Origin: an uncultured Clostridium sp.
Lineage (GTDB): Bacteria; Bacillota; Clostridia; Christensenellales; CAG-138
Assembly (NCBI GenBank): GCA_964546125.1
Contig: CAZJIS010000002.1
Coordinates: 13,484 to 58,028, forward strand
Direction: 5' to 3'
Length of the DNA stretch: 44,545 bases
The position numbers and the translations under genes are program-made. Shown in pieces: positions 7,728 through 18,421 of this stretch (positions are counted from its first letter, which is position 1; every line of letters begins with the position of its first letter). The notes beneath the pieces are model-generated. The model was not told the origin of the DNA, did no database searches, and was given only the letters and a program-made list of their open reading frames with translations.

Positions 7728-10076
7728 ATGATCATCCACATCAACACGAACAACACAAGCCTCGTGCTCAGCGCAGAGGCGGGCAAGCGTCCGCTGCTGC
7801 TGCACTACGGCGAAAAACTTCGCGTGCAAAAAGATTACGCCGCGCTCTTCGAGCGCTACGACGTGCCGCCCTGCGGAGGTTCTGTGCAGGCCTCGCGCGG
7901 GGAAACGAACCTTTTCCTCGACGAGGCGCGCCTTTATTGGGGAACGCTCGGGCGCGGGGATTTCCGCGAGCCCGCGGCGGAGTTCAGCCTAACTAGCGGC
8001 GCTTTTACCACGGACTTCGTCGTCGAAGGGGCCGAACTTCTCGATGGCAAGCCGCCGATGACGGGCTTGCCCGCGGCAACCGCCGGCGAGGGCGCGCAGA
8101 CCTGGCGCGTTTGCCTCGTCGATGGGGTGGCCAAGCTTCGCGTGAAGCTCTATCTCACGGCCTATGCGGATTGCGATATCATCACCCAGCGCGCGGAATA
8201 TGAAAACTTTGGCGAAGAGCCTGTCGCCCTGCGGCGCGCGATGAGCGCGCAGCTCGATTTGCCCATCATAGACTATACGCTCACCACCTTCGTCGGCGCG
8301 TGGGCGGCGGAGCGGCAAAAAAGCGCGCGTGCGCTCACCGCGGGCGTTTTCATCAACGACTCGAAGCTTGGCGCGAGCTCCGCCAAAGCCAATCCGTTCG
8401 TAATGCTCAGCGAGCCGGGCGCTTCGGAGGAGCAGGGCCGGGTTTATGCGTTCAACCTCGTTTACAGCGGCAACCACGCCGAAATCTTCGAACAATCCTT
8501 CTGCGGCCATACGCGCTGCCTGGTCGGCATCAACCCCTCGGGCTTTTCGTGGAACCTTGCCCCGGGCGGGCGTTTTGAGGCGCCCGAGGCCGTGCTTTCC
8601 TTCTCCGCGGATGGTTTTGGTGCGCTCTCGCGCAACATGCACCGGTTCGTGCGCCTTTACATCGTGCGCGGCGCGTGGCGGGATCGGGAGCGGCCCGTGC
8701 TCGTCAACAACTGGGAAGGCACATGGATGGATTTCGATGAAAAGAAGCTTTTGGCCATCGCTAAAGAGGGCGCGGAGGCGGGGGCAGAGCTGTTTGTGAT
8801 GGACGACGGCTGGTTCGGCGCGCGCGATGACGACACGAAAGCCCTGGGGGACTGGTTCGTCAACACCGAAAAACTCCCGCGCGGGCTCGACGGTCTGCAA
8901 AAAAAGCTTGCCGCGATGGGGCTGCTCTTTGGCATCTGGGTGGAGCCTGAAATGGTCAACGCCGAAAGCGATCTCTACCGCATGCACCCGGATTGGGCGG
9001 TTGCTTCGCCCGGGCGCGCGCCCGCCGAGGGGCGCAACCAGCTTCTGCTCGACCTCACGCGCGAAGAGGTGCGCGATTATATCGTCAATTCCATGACGCG
9101 CATCTTCTCAAGCGCGCAGATCGCCTATGTAAAATGGGATTACAACCGCAATTTCTCGGATTCCTATTCGCCTTCGCTCCCGCCCGGGAGGCAGGGCGAA
9201 TTCGCGCACAGGTATATGCTCGGGCTCTACGAGATTCTCGAGCGCCTCACGCAGCGCTTTCCGGATATCCTCTTTGAATCCTGCGCGAGCGGGGGCAACC
9301 GCTTCGATCTTGGCATGCTCGCTTATATGCCGCAGATCTGGGCGAGCGACAACACCGATCCGTTTTGCCGCGTGGAAATTCAGGAGGGCACGAGTTACGG
9401 CTACCCGCTCTCGGTCATCGGCGCGCATGTGGCGGCAAGCCCGAGCCAGAGCGCGCTGCGCCGCACGGGCATCGAAACGCGCTTCAATGTGGCGGCGTTC
9501 GGCCTCTTGGGGTATGAAATGGACATGACGGAGCTTACGAGCTTCGAGCGCAAATGCATCAAAGCGCAGATCGCGTGGTATAAAAAATACCGCCGCACTT
9601 TGCAGTTCGGGGATTTTTACCGCCTGCCCGTCCCCGGGCCGGGCGGCAAGCGCGCATGGCTTTGCGTTTCTCCGGATCGCAAAGAGGCGGTGGCGATGCT
9701 CTTCCAGCAAACGGCGCAGCCCGTGCGCACGCGGGACATGCTCAGGCTTTGCGGCCTCGACGAGGCGCTCGATTATGAGGTTGTCGGGCGCGAGCAATAT
9801 ATCGCCGTCGGCGCGTTCGGCAGCCTTGTCAAACACGCCCTGCCCGTCAAACTCAACGGCGAAGGCGCGGTGATGGCGATGATCTCTTCAAGGTATCTCT
9901 TCCCCATGACCGAGGAGCGTTATCAAGCGGGCGGCGATCTTTTAAACCGCGCGGGACTTCGCCTCAAGCAGCAGTTCGCCGGCACGGGTTACAACGAGCA
10001 CATCCGCGTGCTGGGCGATTACGGCTCGCGCACCTATGCGATCCGCGCGATCGAGCCCTCAGCGGGCGAGGAGTAA
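7728..10076 (+). CDS. alpha-galactosidase, glycoside hydrolase family 36
   Basis: 782 aa with VMDDGWF, KWDYNR and FESCASGGNRFD motifs characteristic of GH36. SD GGCGGAGGTG precedes the ATG. Confidence 0.9.
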   Translation: MIIHINTNNTSLVLSAEAGKRPLLLHYGEKLRVQKDYAALFERYDVPPCGGSVQASRGETNLFLDEARLYWGTLGRGDFREPAAEFSLTSGAFTTDFVVEGAELLDGKPPMTGLPAATAGEGAQTWRVCLVDGVAKLRVKLYLTAYADCDIITQRAEYENFGEEPVALRRAMSAQLDLPIIDYTLTTFVGAWAAERQKSARALTAGVFINDSKLGASSAKANPFVMLSEPGASEEQGRVYAFNLVYSGNHAEIFEQSFCGHTRCLVGINPSGFSWNLAPGGRFEAPEAVLSFSADGFGALSRNMHRFVRLYIVRGAWRDRERPVLVNNWEGTWMDFDEKKLLAIAKEGAEAGAELFVMDDGWFGARDDDTKALGDWFVNTEKLPRGLDGLQKKLAAMGLLFGIWVEPEMVNAESDLYRMHPDWAVASPGRAPAEGRNQLLLDLTREEVRDYIVNSMTRIFSSAQIAYVKWDYNRNFSDSYSPSLPPGRQGEFAHRYMLGLYEILERLTQRFPDILFESCASGGNRFDLGMLAYMPQIWASDNTDPFCRVEIQEGTSYGYPLSVIGAHVAASPSQSALRRTGIETRFNVAAFGLLGYEMDMTELTSFERKCIKAQIAWYKKYRRTLQFGDFYRLPVPGPGGKRAWLCVSPDRKEAVAMLFQQTAQPVRTRDMLRLCGLDEALDYEVVGREQYIAVGAFGSLVKHALPVKLNGEGAVMAMISSRYLFPMTEERYQAGGDLLNRAGLRLKQQFAGTGYNEHIRVLGDYGSRTYAIRAIEPSAGEE

Positions 10077-11045
10077 CAGCGCCTGCTCGAGCGCGTCGCG
10101 CGCCCGCGCGCGCCCGGTGAGCTGGAGGGTCGCAACATCGCACAGCGCCTTTGCGCAGCGCGCAAGCGATTCCGTGCGCGCGGGGTTCATCAGCCGCGCG
10201 GCCTCATATACGCGCCACGCGTAGCCGGGGCTCACGCCGAGGCCCTTTTGCACGGCATCCTTTGGCAGCTTGCGCTCGATGAGCCGCCGCGCCTGCAAAA
10301 TGAGGCGCGCCTTCTCGCCGATGCGCGAGGCGATCTCTATGGGCTGCTCGCCGTCGGCCACAAGGCCCGAAAGCGCCGCGAACGCATCCTTCGTGCGGCC
10401 TGCGAGCACGTCGTCGAGCACCGAGAAGACGACGAAATCAAGCTCGCGCGTCACGACTTTTGCTATGATTTCCCGGGTAATCTCATGGCCGTCGCCGGCG
10501 TAGGCGGCGGCTTTTTCAAATTCGTTGTGGAGCTTTGTGCAATCCGTGCCCGCGAGGGAAACAAAGAATTCCGCCGCCGCTTCCCCGAGCATGACCCCGC
10601 CCGCATTCGCCTGCTGGCGCAGCCAGCGCGCGGCGTCGTGCTCGCTCAAAGGCGTGAAGTCAACGGCGCGGTCCTGCGCCGCGAACGCCTTCACGAGCGC
10701 GAGGCGGCGGTCCGCCTCGCCGCGGTGCAGGAAAACGAGCACCGTCTGCGGCGGCACTTTGGGAAGGTAGGCTTTGAGCGCTTCCGCATCCGCTTCTTTG
10801 GGCAGCGCGCGCACGACGACCGCGCGGTATTCCGCCAAAAAAGGCAGCGTTTCACACGCGGCAATAATCTCCGCGGCGCTTGCCGCGTAGAGGTTATCGA
10901 CGTTCATGTCGCGCACGCCCGCGTCGATACCTAAGAGGATCTGCGAGAGCGCGCTTTCTTTAACATATTCTTCCGCCCCATGCAAAAGGTAAGCGCCAAA
11001 GAGCGCTTTTTCCGCAATGGCTTTAAAAAACGCCTTGTATTCCAT
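10059..11045 (-). CDS. holA: DNA polymerase III delta subunit
   Basis: MEYKAFFKAIAEKALFGAYLLHGAEEYV.. places the LLHG-EE box at the usual distance from the N-terminus; 328 aa. The 3' end overlaps the GH36 gene by 18 bp (convergent). Confidence 0.8.
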   Translation of the reverse strand: MEYKAFFKAIAEKALFGAYLLHGAEEYVKESALSQILLGIDAGVRDMNVDNLYAASAAEIIAACETLPFLAEYRAVVVRALPKEADAEALKAYLPKVPPQTVLVFLHRGEADRRLALVKAFAAQDRAVDFTPLSEHDAARWLRQQANAGGVMLGEAAAEFFVSLAGTDCTKLHNEFEKAAAYAGDGHEITREIIAKVVTRELDFVVFSVLDDVLAGRTKDAFAALSGLVADGEQPIEIASRIGEKARLILQARRLIERKLPKDAVQKGLGVSPGYAWRVYEAARLMNPARTESLARCAKALCDVATLQLTGRARARDALEQALLLLAR

Positions 11046-11051
11046 AAAGAG

Positions 11052-11081
11052 ATTATACTTGAGAGCGGCGCGAATGGGCAA
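11052..11081 (-). promoter_or_regulatory. candidate internal promoter (TTGCCC-18-TATAAT) ending 6 nt before the holA ATG
   Basis: The minus strand reads cgcTTGCCCattcgcgccgctctcaagTATAATctctttATG. There is no SD. Confidence 0.3.
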
Positions 11082-11084
11082 GCG

Positions 11085-12332
11085 TCAGAGGAAAATCAGC
11101 GCGAGCATGCCCGCGGCCGTGAACGCCGCGCCGAACATGAGCTTCTTTCTCGTTTCGAGCAGGCAGTATTTTGAAAGGAACACGAGCCCTGTTAAAAACA
11201 GCGCGCAGGCGAAGACGCTCGGCTTTTCAAAGCGCAGCACACTTAAGGGGAGCGAAGCGAAGAACTTTGAAAAATAATCCGAAGCGTCGGCAAGAAGGCG
11301 CACGGGGAACGCGAGCGCCGCGCCCAAGGGGGCAAAAGCGGCATCCGCCGCGAGCGCGACGAGCGCCAGCGGCAGCGCGGGGGCGATTAGCGGCACGACG
11401 ATGAGGTTCGAGGCGAGCGTGTAGAGCGGCAGCCGCCGGAAAATGAGCAGCGTGAAAGGCAATGTCGCAAGCGTTGCCGAAAGCGTGAGCGCAAGGTCGG
11501 CGGCGATCGGGGAGGGAAGTTTTTTAAGGCGCGCGCAAAGCGGTTCGTAGAGCATCAAAATGCCGGCCGTCGCCGCGAACGAAAGCTGGAAGCCCGCCGA
11601 AAACAGCGAAAAAGGCAGCGGCAAAACGATGAGCACGAACGCGAGCGCAAGCGAGGAGAGCGGATCGTTCTTTTTTCCAAGAGCGGGCGCCGCGAGGATG
11701 CAAAGCGACATCGCGCACGCGCGCACGAGCGAGGCGGGGAAGGCCGCAAGCAGGCAGTAGACGATCAAAAGCGCCGCCACCACGAAAAAGCGCAGCGCCG
11801 GGCGGCGGCGGGGGATCAGCAAAGCGAGGAGCTGCGCGAGAATGCTCGCGTTAAGGCCCGAGAGCGCGAGGATGTGCGAAACGCCCGCCGCGCGGAACGC
11901 TTCGTTGTCAAAATAAGAAAGGCGCGAAACGTCGCCGAGGATGATCGCGCGCACGAGCGGCGCCGCCTCGAGAAAGAGTGCGTCGCAGCGCGCGTAAAGA
12001 GCCTTGGTGATGTTCATAACGCCTTGGGGCAAGGCGATCTTCGCGTTGGCAAGAGCGAAGACCTCCCCTTCCCCGAGCGTGCCGGGAAGCTTTAAAAGAT
12101 AGGGCAGCACCCGCGCGAAGCCGAGCGCCGCCGCGAGGAGAAACACCTTTTCCATCCGCCGCCCGGCGATCAGGGCCGCGGCGCAAACGATGAGAAAAAG
12201 GCACATCCCGGCGAGCGCATAGGCGCCCGGGGTGTGCCTTGCGATGATCACGCCACAGGAAAGGCCCGCGGCCGCGGCGACCATCGGCCGTTCATTGAAC
12301 GCGGGTTCCCGTATGCGCCCGCCCGCGCCCAT
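11085..12332 (-). CDS. comEC: ComEC/Rec2 family competence channel protein (short form, Competence domain only)
   Basis: Polytopic membrane protein with the RAAGVSHILALSGLNASILAQLL box of the Competence domain. It is 415 aa with no C-terminal MBL domain. The start is uncertain (ATG 12332 lacks an SD; alternative ATG 12284). Confidence 0.75.
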   Translation of the reverse strand: MGAGGRIREPAFNERPMVAAAAGLSCGVIIARHTPGAYALAGMCLFLIVCAAALIAGRRMEKVFLLAAALGFARVLPYLLKLPGTLGEGEVFALANAKIALPQGVMNITKALYARCDALFLEAAPLVRAIILGDVSRLSYFDNEAFRAAGVSHILALSGLNASILAQLLALLIPRRRPALRFFVVAALLIVYCLLAAFPASLVRACAMSLCILAAPALGKKNDPLSSLALAFVLIVLPLPFSLFSAGFQLSFAATAGILMLYEPLCARLKKLPSPIAADLALTLSATLATLPFTLLIFRRLPLYTLASNLIVVPLIAPALPLALVALAADAAFAPLGAALAFPVRLLADASDYFSKFFASLPLSVLRFEKPSVFACALFLTGLVFLSKYCLLETRKKLMFGAAFTAAGMLALIFL

Positions 12333-12335
12333 CGC

Positions 12336-12716
12336 TTAGCGGTTGCGCAAAGCGATGCACTCGCACTCCACGAGCCCGCCGCCCGGCAGCGCCGCCACCT
12401 CCACGCAGGAGCGCGCGGGATAATCCGGCCCGAAGAACTCGGCGTAGACGGCGTTCACTTTGGGGAAGTCGGCAAGGTCTTGGACGAAGATCGTCGCTTT
12501 CACGACGTTTTGGAGCGAGGAACCTGCCGCCTCAAGCACGTTCTTCAAGTTTTCGAGCGCGAGACGCGCCTGCGCTTCAACGCCCTGCGCAAACTTGCCG
12601 CTCGCGGGGTCGATGCCGAGCTGGCCCGAGGTGAACACGAGTTGGCCAAACGCGATGGCGTGGTTGTAGGGGCCCAGCGCCGCGGGCGCGTTTTGGCTGC
12701 GGATGATTTCTTTCAT
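12336..12716 (-). CDS. ridA: RidA family reactive-intermediate deaminase (YjgF/L-PSP)
   Basis: MKEIIRSQNAPAALGPYNHAIAFGQLVFTSGQLGIDP.. and C-terminal VECECIA; 126 aa. SD GAAAGGA lies upstream of ATG 12716. Confidence 0.9.
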   Translation of the reverse strand: MKEIIRSQNAPAALGPYNHAIAFGQLVFTSGQLGIDPASGKFAQGVEAQARLALENLKNVLEAAGSSLQNVVKATIFVQDLADFPKVNAVYAEFFGPDYPARSCVEVAALPGGGLVECECIALRNR

Positions 12717-12742
12717 GTTGCATGTTCCTTTCATATGCCTAA

Positions 12743-13240
12743 TCAGTCCCTTGATTTTATGTTAGCATGCTGCTTTTGCAGCGTCAAGGCGATATCCCGG
12801 TTCCAGAGGATGTGCGCGTCCTCGCCCGTGTCGTAATAATAGCCGCGGCGCACGCCCGCCATTTCAAAATCGAGCGCATTGTAAAGCGCCTGCGCAGCGT
12901 GGTTTTGCGCGCGCACCTCGAGGGTCATCTGCATCGCGCCGTAAAGGCGCGCCGTTTGCATCATGCACAGCATCATCCTGCGCCCGAGGCCAAGCCTGCG
13001 GCAAGCGGGGTCCACGGCAACGTTTGTGATGTGCGCTTCGTCTAAAATGACCCACATCCCCGCGTAGGCGATAACCTGCCCCGCGCGCTCGCACACGAGG
13101 TAGTGCGCGGCGTCGTTTTTCAGTTCGCCCGCGATGGCGTTTCTCGTCCAGGGCGTGCGAAAACAGAGCCTTTCAAGCTCGGCAATGCGATCGACGTCGT
13201 CCGCGCGCATGGGGCGGACGATCTCCCGTTCGCTTCTCAT
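12743..13240 (-). CDS. rimI: ribosomal-protein-alanine N-acetyltransferase
   Basis: GNAT with RRLGLGRRMM acetyl-CoA loop, 165 aa. ATGA overlap with the tsaB stop; canonical tsaE-tsaB-rimI context. Confidence 0.85.
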   Translation of the reverse strand: MRSEREIVRPMRADDVDRIAELERLCFRTPWTRNAIAGELKNDAAHYLVCERAGQVIAYAGMWVILDEAHITNVAVDPACRRLGLGRRMMLCMMQTARLYGAMQMTLEVRAQNHAAQALYNALDFEMAGVRRGYYYDTGEDAHILWNRDIALTLQKQHANIKSRD

Positions 13241-13901
13241 GCCTTCTCCTTATATAGCCGCTCGGCCTGCGAGGGGCGTAGGTAAAGCGGCAGGATCTCG
13301 CGCGGCAACTCACCCGAAGCTAAAATCTCCATCGCCGGATGGGCGAGCATCCCGGCGCGCAGAATGCCGAGGCTTTCCTGCGCAAAGCGCACGCTGGGGA
13401 AAGCCGCGCGGATCTCGGCCGCGTAAGCCGCGGCTCCGTCGCCGGTGAAGCATGCGACTTTGCCGCATTGGGCCAAAAGTTCCGCAACGGTAAGCGCCGC
13501 AGGCGCGAGCAAGGCGGTTTTGCCGCGATAAACCGCGGCGTAGCAGTTGCCGTGCCGCGCGTCGATGAGGGCGCACACAGGCTCAGTTTCGCTCGCCGCC
13601 CGCGCGAGCGCCTCAAGCGAGTTTACGGCGGCGACGGGCTTGCCGCTGGCGGCGGCAAAAGCGTTTGCGATGCAAACGCCGATGCGCACGCCCGTGAATG
13701 AACCGGGGCCGATATCCGCGGCAAACGCATCGAGCGCCTCAAAGCAAAAGGGCGCGCCGTTATGGAAGAGCGAATCCACGAGCGGCAGAATCGTTTCCGA
13801 ATGCGTGCGCCCGGTGTCGCTCAAAGCCTGCGCGAGCACCGTTCCGTTTTCAATGAGCGCGGCCGAGGCGGCGCGCCCGGAGGTGGAGAGGGCGAGAAGC
13901 T

Positions 13902-13905
<4 letters not shown>
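13237..13905 (-). CDS. tsaB: tRNA t6A37 biosynthesis protein TsaB
   Basis: [21 protein letters not shown].. and [11 protein letters not shown] motif. Start ATG 13905 overlaps the tsaE stop (ATGA). Confidence 0.85.
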
Positions 13906-16505
<2,600 letters not shown>

Positions 16506-16535
16506 ACTATGGCTCCCACTTTTTTTCAACTTATG

Positions 16536-16564
16536 ATTATAGGCTAAATTATCGCCTTTGACAA
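16536..16564 (-). promoter_or_regulatory. sigma-A promoter of the queA-tgt-tsaEB-... unit (TTGTCA-17-TATAAT)
   Basis: The minus strand reads cTTGTCAaaggcgataatttagccTATAATcataag. Confidence 0.5.
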
Positions 16565-16609
16565 GGCAAGGCATATCATGAAAGATATGTGAACCTTCAT
16601 CCGCCGCCC

Positions 16610-16638
16610 TTGACTTGCACATGCCCAAAGGTTACATT
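16610..16638 (+). promoter_or_regulatory. candidate sigma-A promoter of the deacetylase gene (TTGACT-17-TACATT)
   Basis: The plus strand reads TTGACTtgcacatgcccaaaggtTACATT, 64 nt upstream of the ATG. Confidence 0.3.
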
Positions 16639-16701
16639 TAACATACCGCTTTGGGTTGACGATATTTGGCACATTGTGCGGGATGATGGGTTGTTGTGTT
16701 G

Positions 16702-17568
16702 ATGAAAAGATGTTTCCTCGCTGTTTTCCTTGCGCTTATCGCGCTCCTTACTGCCGCCTGCAACGGTGTGCCGGCTATTTTGGGCATCTTTTCCCCCGCG
16801 GTCACGGATGTGGTCGACCTTGGCGACGTTTTCGGGCAGGACCCTCCCCCCACATCCACGCCCTTTGAAACAGAAGACCCTTCGGCCGTGCCCACGGCGC
16901 CCGCGGTCCTCTCGCCGGCTCCCGATCCCGTCGACCCGACGCCCGGGCCATATGGGCCGGAGGATAAGCTCGTTGCCCTCACTTTTGACGACGGCCCCTA
17001 TTGGGGGGTGACGGATAAAATTCTCGATGTCGTGGAGCAGCATGCGGACGACGGCGTGCATGTGACCTTTTTCGTGCTCGGTGCGCAGGTGGTGAAATAC
17101 CCATCGCTCGTCGTGCGCGCGGCGCGGCTTGGCTGCGAGATCGGCAACCACACCTATCACCATAAATATCTCACGAAGCTTTCTCCCGAGGAGATGCTCC
17201 TCGAGGTGGAGGATGTGAACGAAATGGTGCGCGAACTTGCGGATGCATCCCCCGTGCTCGTGCGCCCGCCCTATGGCGCCAAGGACGACGCGGTCCGCGC
17301 GGGCGTGCCTTACCCGCTGATCCTCTGGAACATCGATACGCTCGACTGGCAGACCCACAACGCCGAAAAAACCCTTGAGGCATCGCTCAAGTGCGCCGAT
17401 GGGGATATCATCCTCATGCACGACGTGCGCGCAGATTCGGCCGACGCGTTCGAGAAACTCGTTCCCCAACTGCTCGAGCAAGGCTTCAAACTCGTGACCG
17501 TGAGCGAGCTGTTTGCCGCCAAGGGCATTCCGCTCGAGGCGGGCAAGGATTACCGGCGCGCGAAGTAG
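16702..17568 (+). CDS. polysaccharide deacetylase family lipoprotein (NodB/CE4, PgdA/PdaA-like)
   Basis: Signal peptide with lipobox LLTAAC. Pro-rich linker, then TFDDGP, HTYHH and LMHD motifs of the CE4 fold. Confidence 0.85.
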   Translation: MKRCFLAVFLALIALLTAACNGVPAILGIFSPAVTDVVDLGDVFGQDPPPTSTPFETEDPSAVPTAPAVLSPAPDPVDPTPGPYGPEDKLVALTFDDGPYWGVTDKILDVVEQHADDGVHVTFFVLGAQVVKYPSLVVRAARLGCEIGNHTYHHKYLTKLSPEEMLLEVEDVNEMVRELADASPVLVRPPYGAKDDAVRAGVPYPLILWNIDTLDWQTHNAEKTLEASLKCADGDIILMHDVRADSADAFEKLVPQLLEQGFKLVTVSELFAAKGIPLEAGKDYRRAK

Positions 17569-17671
17569 CTTTAAAAAAGTGCCGCAAGGCTTCCCGCCCG
17601 CGCCGCGCATGGCTCGCGCACGAAACTTCCGGGGGCTATGGCTTCCAAATTCAATGGTTTTTCGAAAGACC

Positions 17672-17690
17672 GGGGCGCTGCCAGCGCCCC
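17672..17690. terminator. GC-rich hairpin between convergent genes (possible bidirectional terminator)
   Basis: GGGGCGCTG-C-CAGCGCCCC. The flanking T-runs are weak. Confidence 0.3.
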
Positions 17691-17700
17691 TCTATGCTCG

Positions 17701-17925
17701 CTATTCTTCAAACGTGCGTGCGGCGAGCGCAAGAAGGCGCGCGGCGGCCCGGGCGCGGCGGCGCGCGGTCGCCTCGGCGTCGATCCCGTAGCTGCCATCC
17801 GGCAGGGTCGTGAGCGCATCCCCCTCGCGCGCTTCCTCGGGGAGGCATCCGCGCGGGATGCAAAGCTGCTGGTCCTCCGCCTCGCACACGGCGAGATCCC
17901 CCTCGAAGCGGTCGATGATGAGCAT
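17701..17925 (-). CDS. DUF3006 domain protein
   Basis: MLIIDRFEGDLAVCE....LPEEAREGD.. is the pattern typical of DUF3006; 74 aa. Confidence 0.7.
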   Translation of the reverse strand: MLIIDRFEGDLAVCEAEDQQLCIPRGCLPEEAREGDALTTLPDGSYGIDAEATARRRARAAARLLALAARTFEE

Positions 17926-17960
17926 AGGCGCACGCGTCCTTTCGTTAATGTTTCAAGTTT

Positions 17961-17989
17961 ATTTTAACAGCCGCGCGGGATTGCTGCAA
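17961..17989 (-). promoter_or_regulatory. sigma-A promoter of the DUF3006 gene (TTGCAG-17-TAAAAT)
   Basis: The minus strand reads TTGCAGcaatcccgcgcggctgtTAAAATaaacttg. Confidence 0.45.
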
Positions 17990-18027
17990 TAAAATTATGA
18001 ATGCTTATTCTCATCGTGAAAAAACTG

Positions 18028-18036
18028 TGCTACAAT
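18028..18036 (+). promoter_or_regulatory. extended -10 element (TGcTACAAT) upstream of small ORF/cdaA
   Basis: aaaactgTGcTACAATcagc, 54 nt upstream of GTG 18090. No clear -35. Confidence 0.4.
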
Positions 18037-18089
18037 CAGCTATATGACCGCATTCCCTCCATGCCCATACATGATCAGGAGGCAATACA

Positions 18090-18329
18090 GTGGAACGCAG
18101 GGATGATATCAATATCACGCTGGAACTGCTCGAAAAGCTGCAAATCGACCTGATGCTCAGGGAGGATGAGCTTGCCGGCAAAACCGAGAAATCCCTTGAG
18201 CGGGCGGGCAAGCTCAACGATCCGGATCTGAGCGAACTTGCCAACGAAGTGGAGAAGATCTGCCTGCAGTTGTGCGATTTCGAAAAGTTCTTCGCGCGGT
18301 TTGACGCCGCCGAGAAAAACAAAGAATAA
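18090..18329 (+). CDS. hypothetical small acidic coiled-coil protein (79 aa)
   Basis: GTG start preceded by a perfect SD AGGAGG at 8 nt. Heptad-like Leu/Glu-rich sequence; no family recognised. Confidence 0.5.
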   Translation: MERRDDINITLELLEKLQIDLMLREDELAGKTEKSLERAGKLNDPDLSELANEVEKICLQLCDFEKFFARFDAAEKNKE

Positions 18330-18421
18330 ACGTTCGGCCAACGGGCGTGCGCAGGCACCGCTTGACGCATGCTTGGCTTATACATGACGCCCGGCGCGCA
18401 AAATGAAAGGAGAGAACCGCA

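Noticed and set aside
7728-10076. GH36 alpha-galactosidase as a horizontally acquired island.
   Set aside because: No flanking repeats, integrase, tRNA or visible GC shift. It is only noted as lying at a synteny breakpoint.
16558-16590. Plus-strand TTGACA at 16558-16563 as a second promoter for the deacetylase gene.
   Set aside because: No acceptable -10 hexamer lies at 16-19 nt spacing. The hexamer is the complement side of the queA -35 region.
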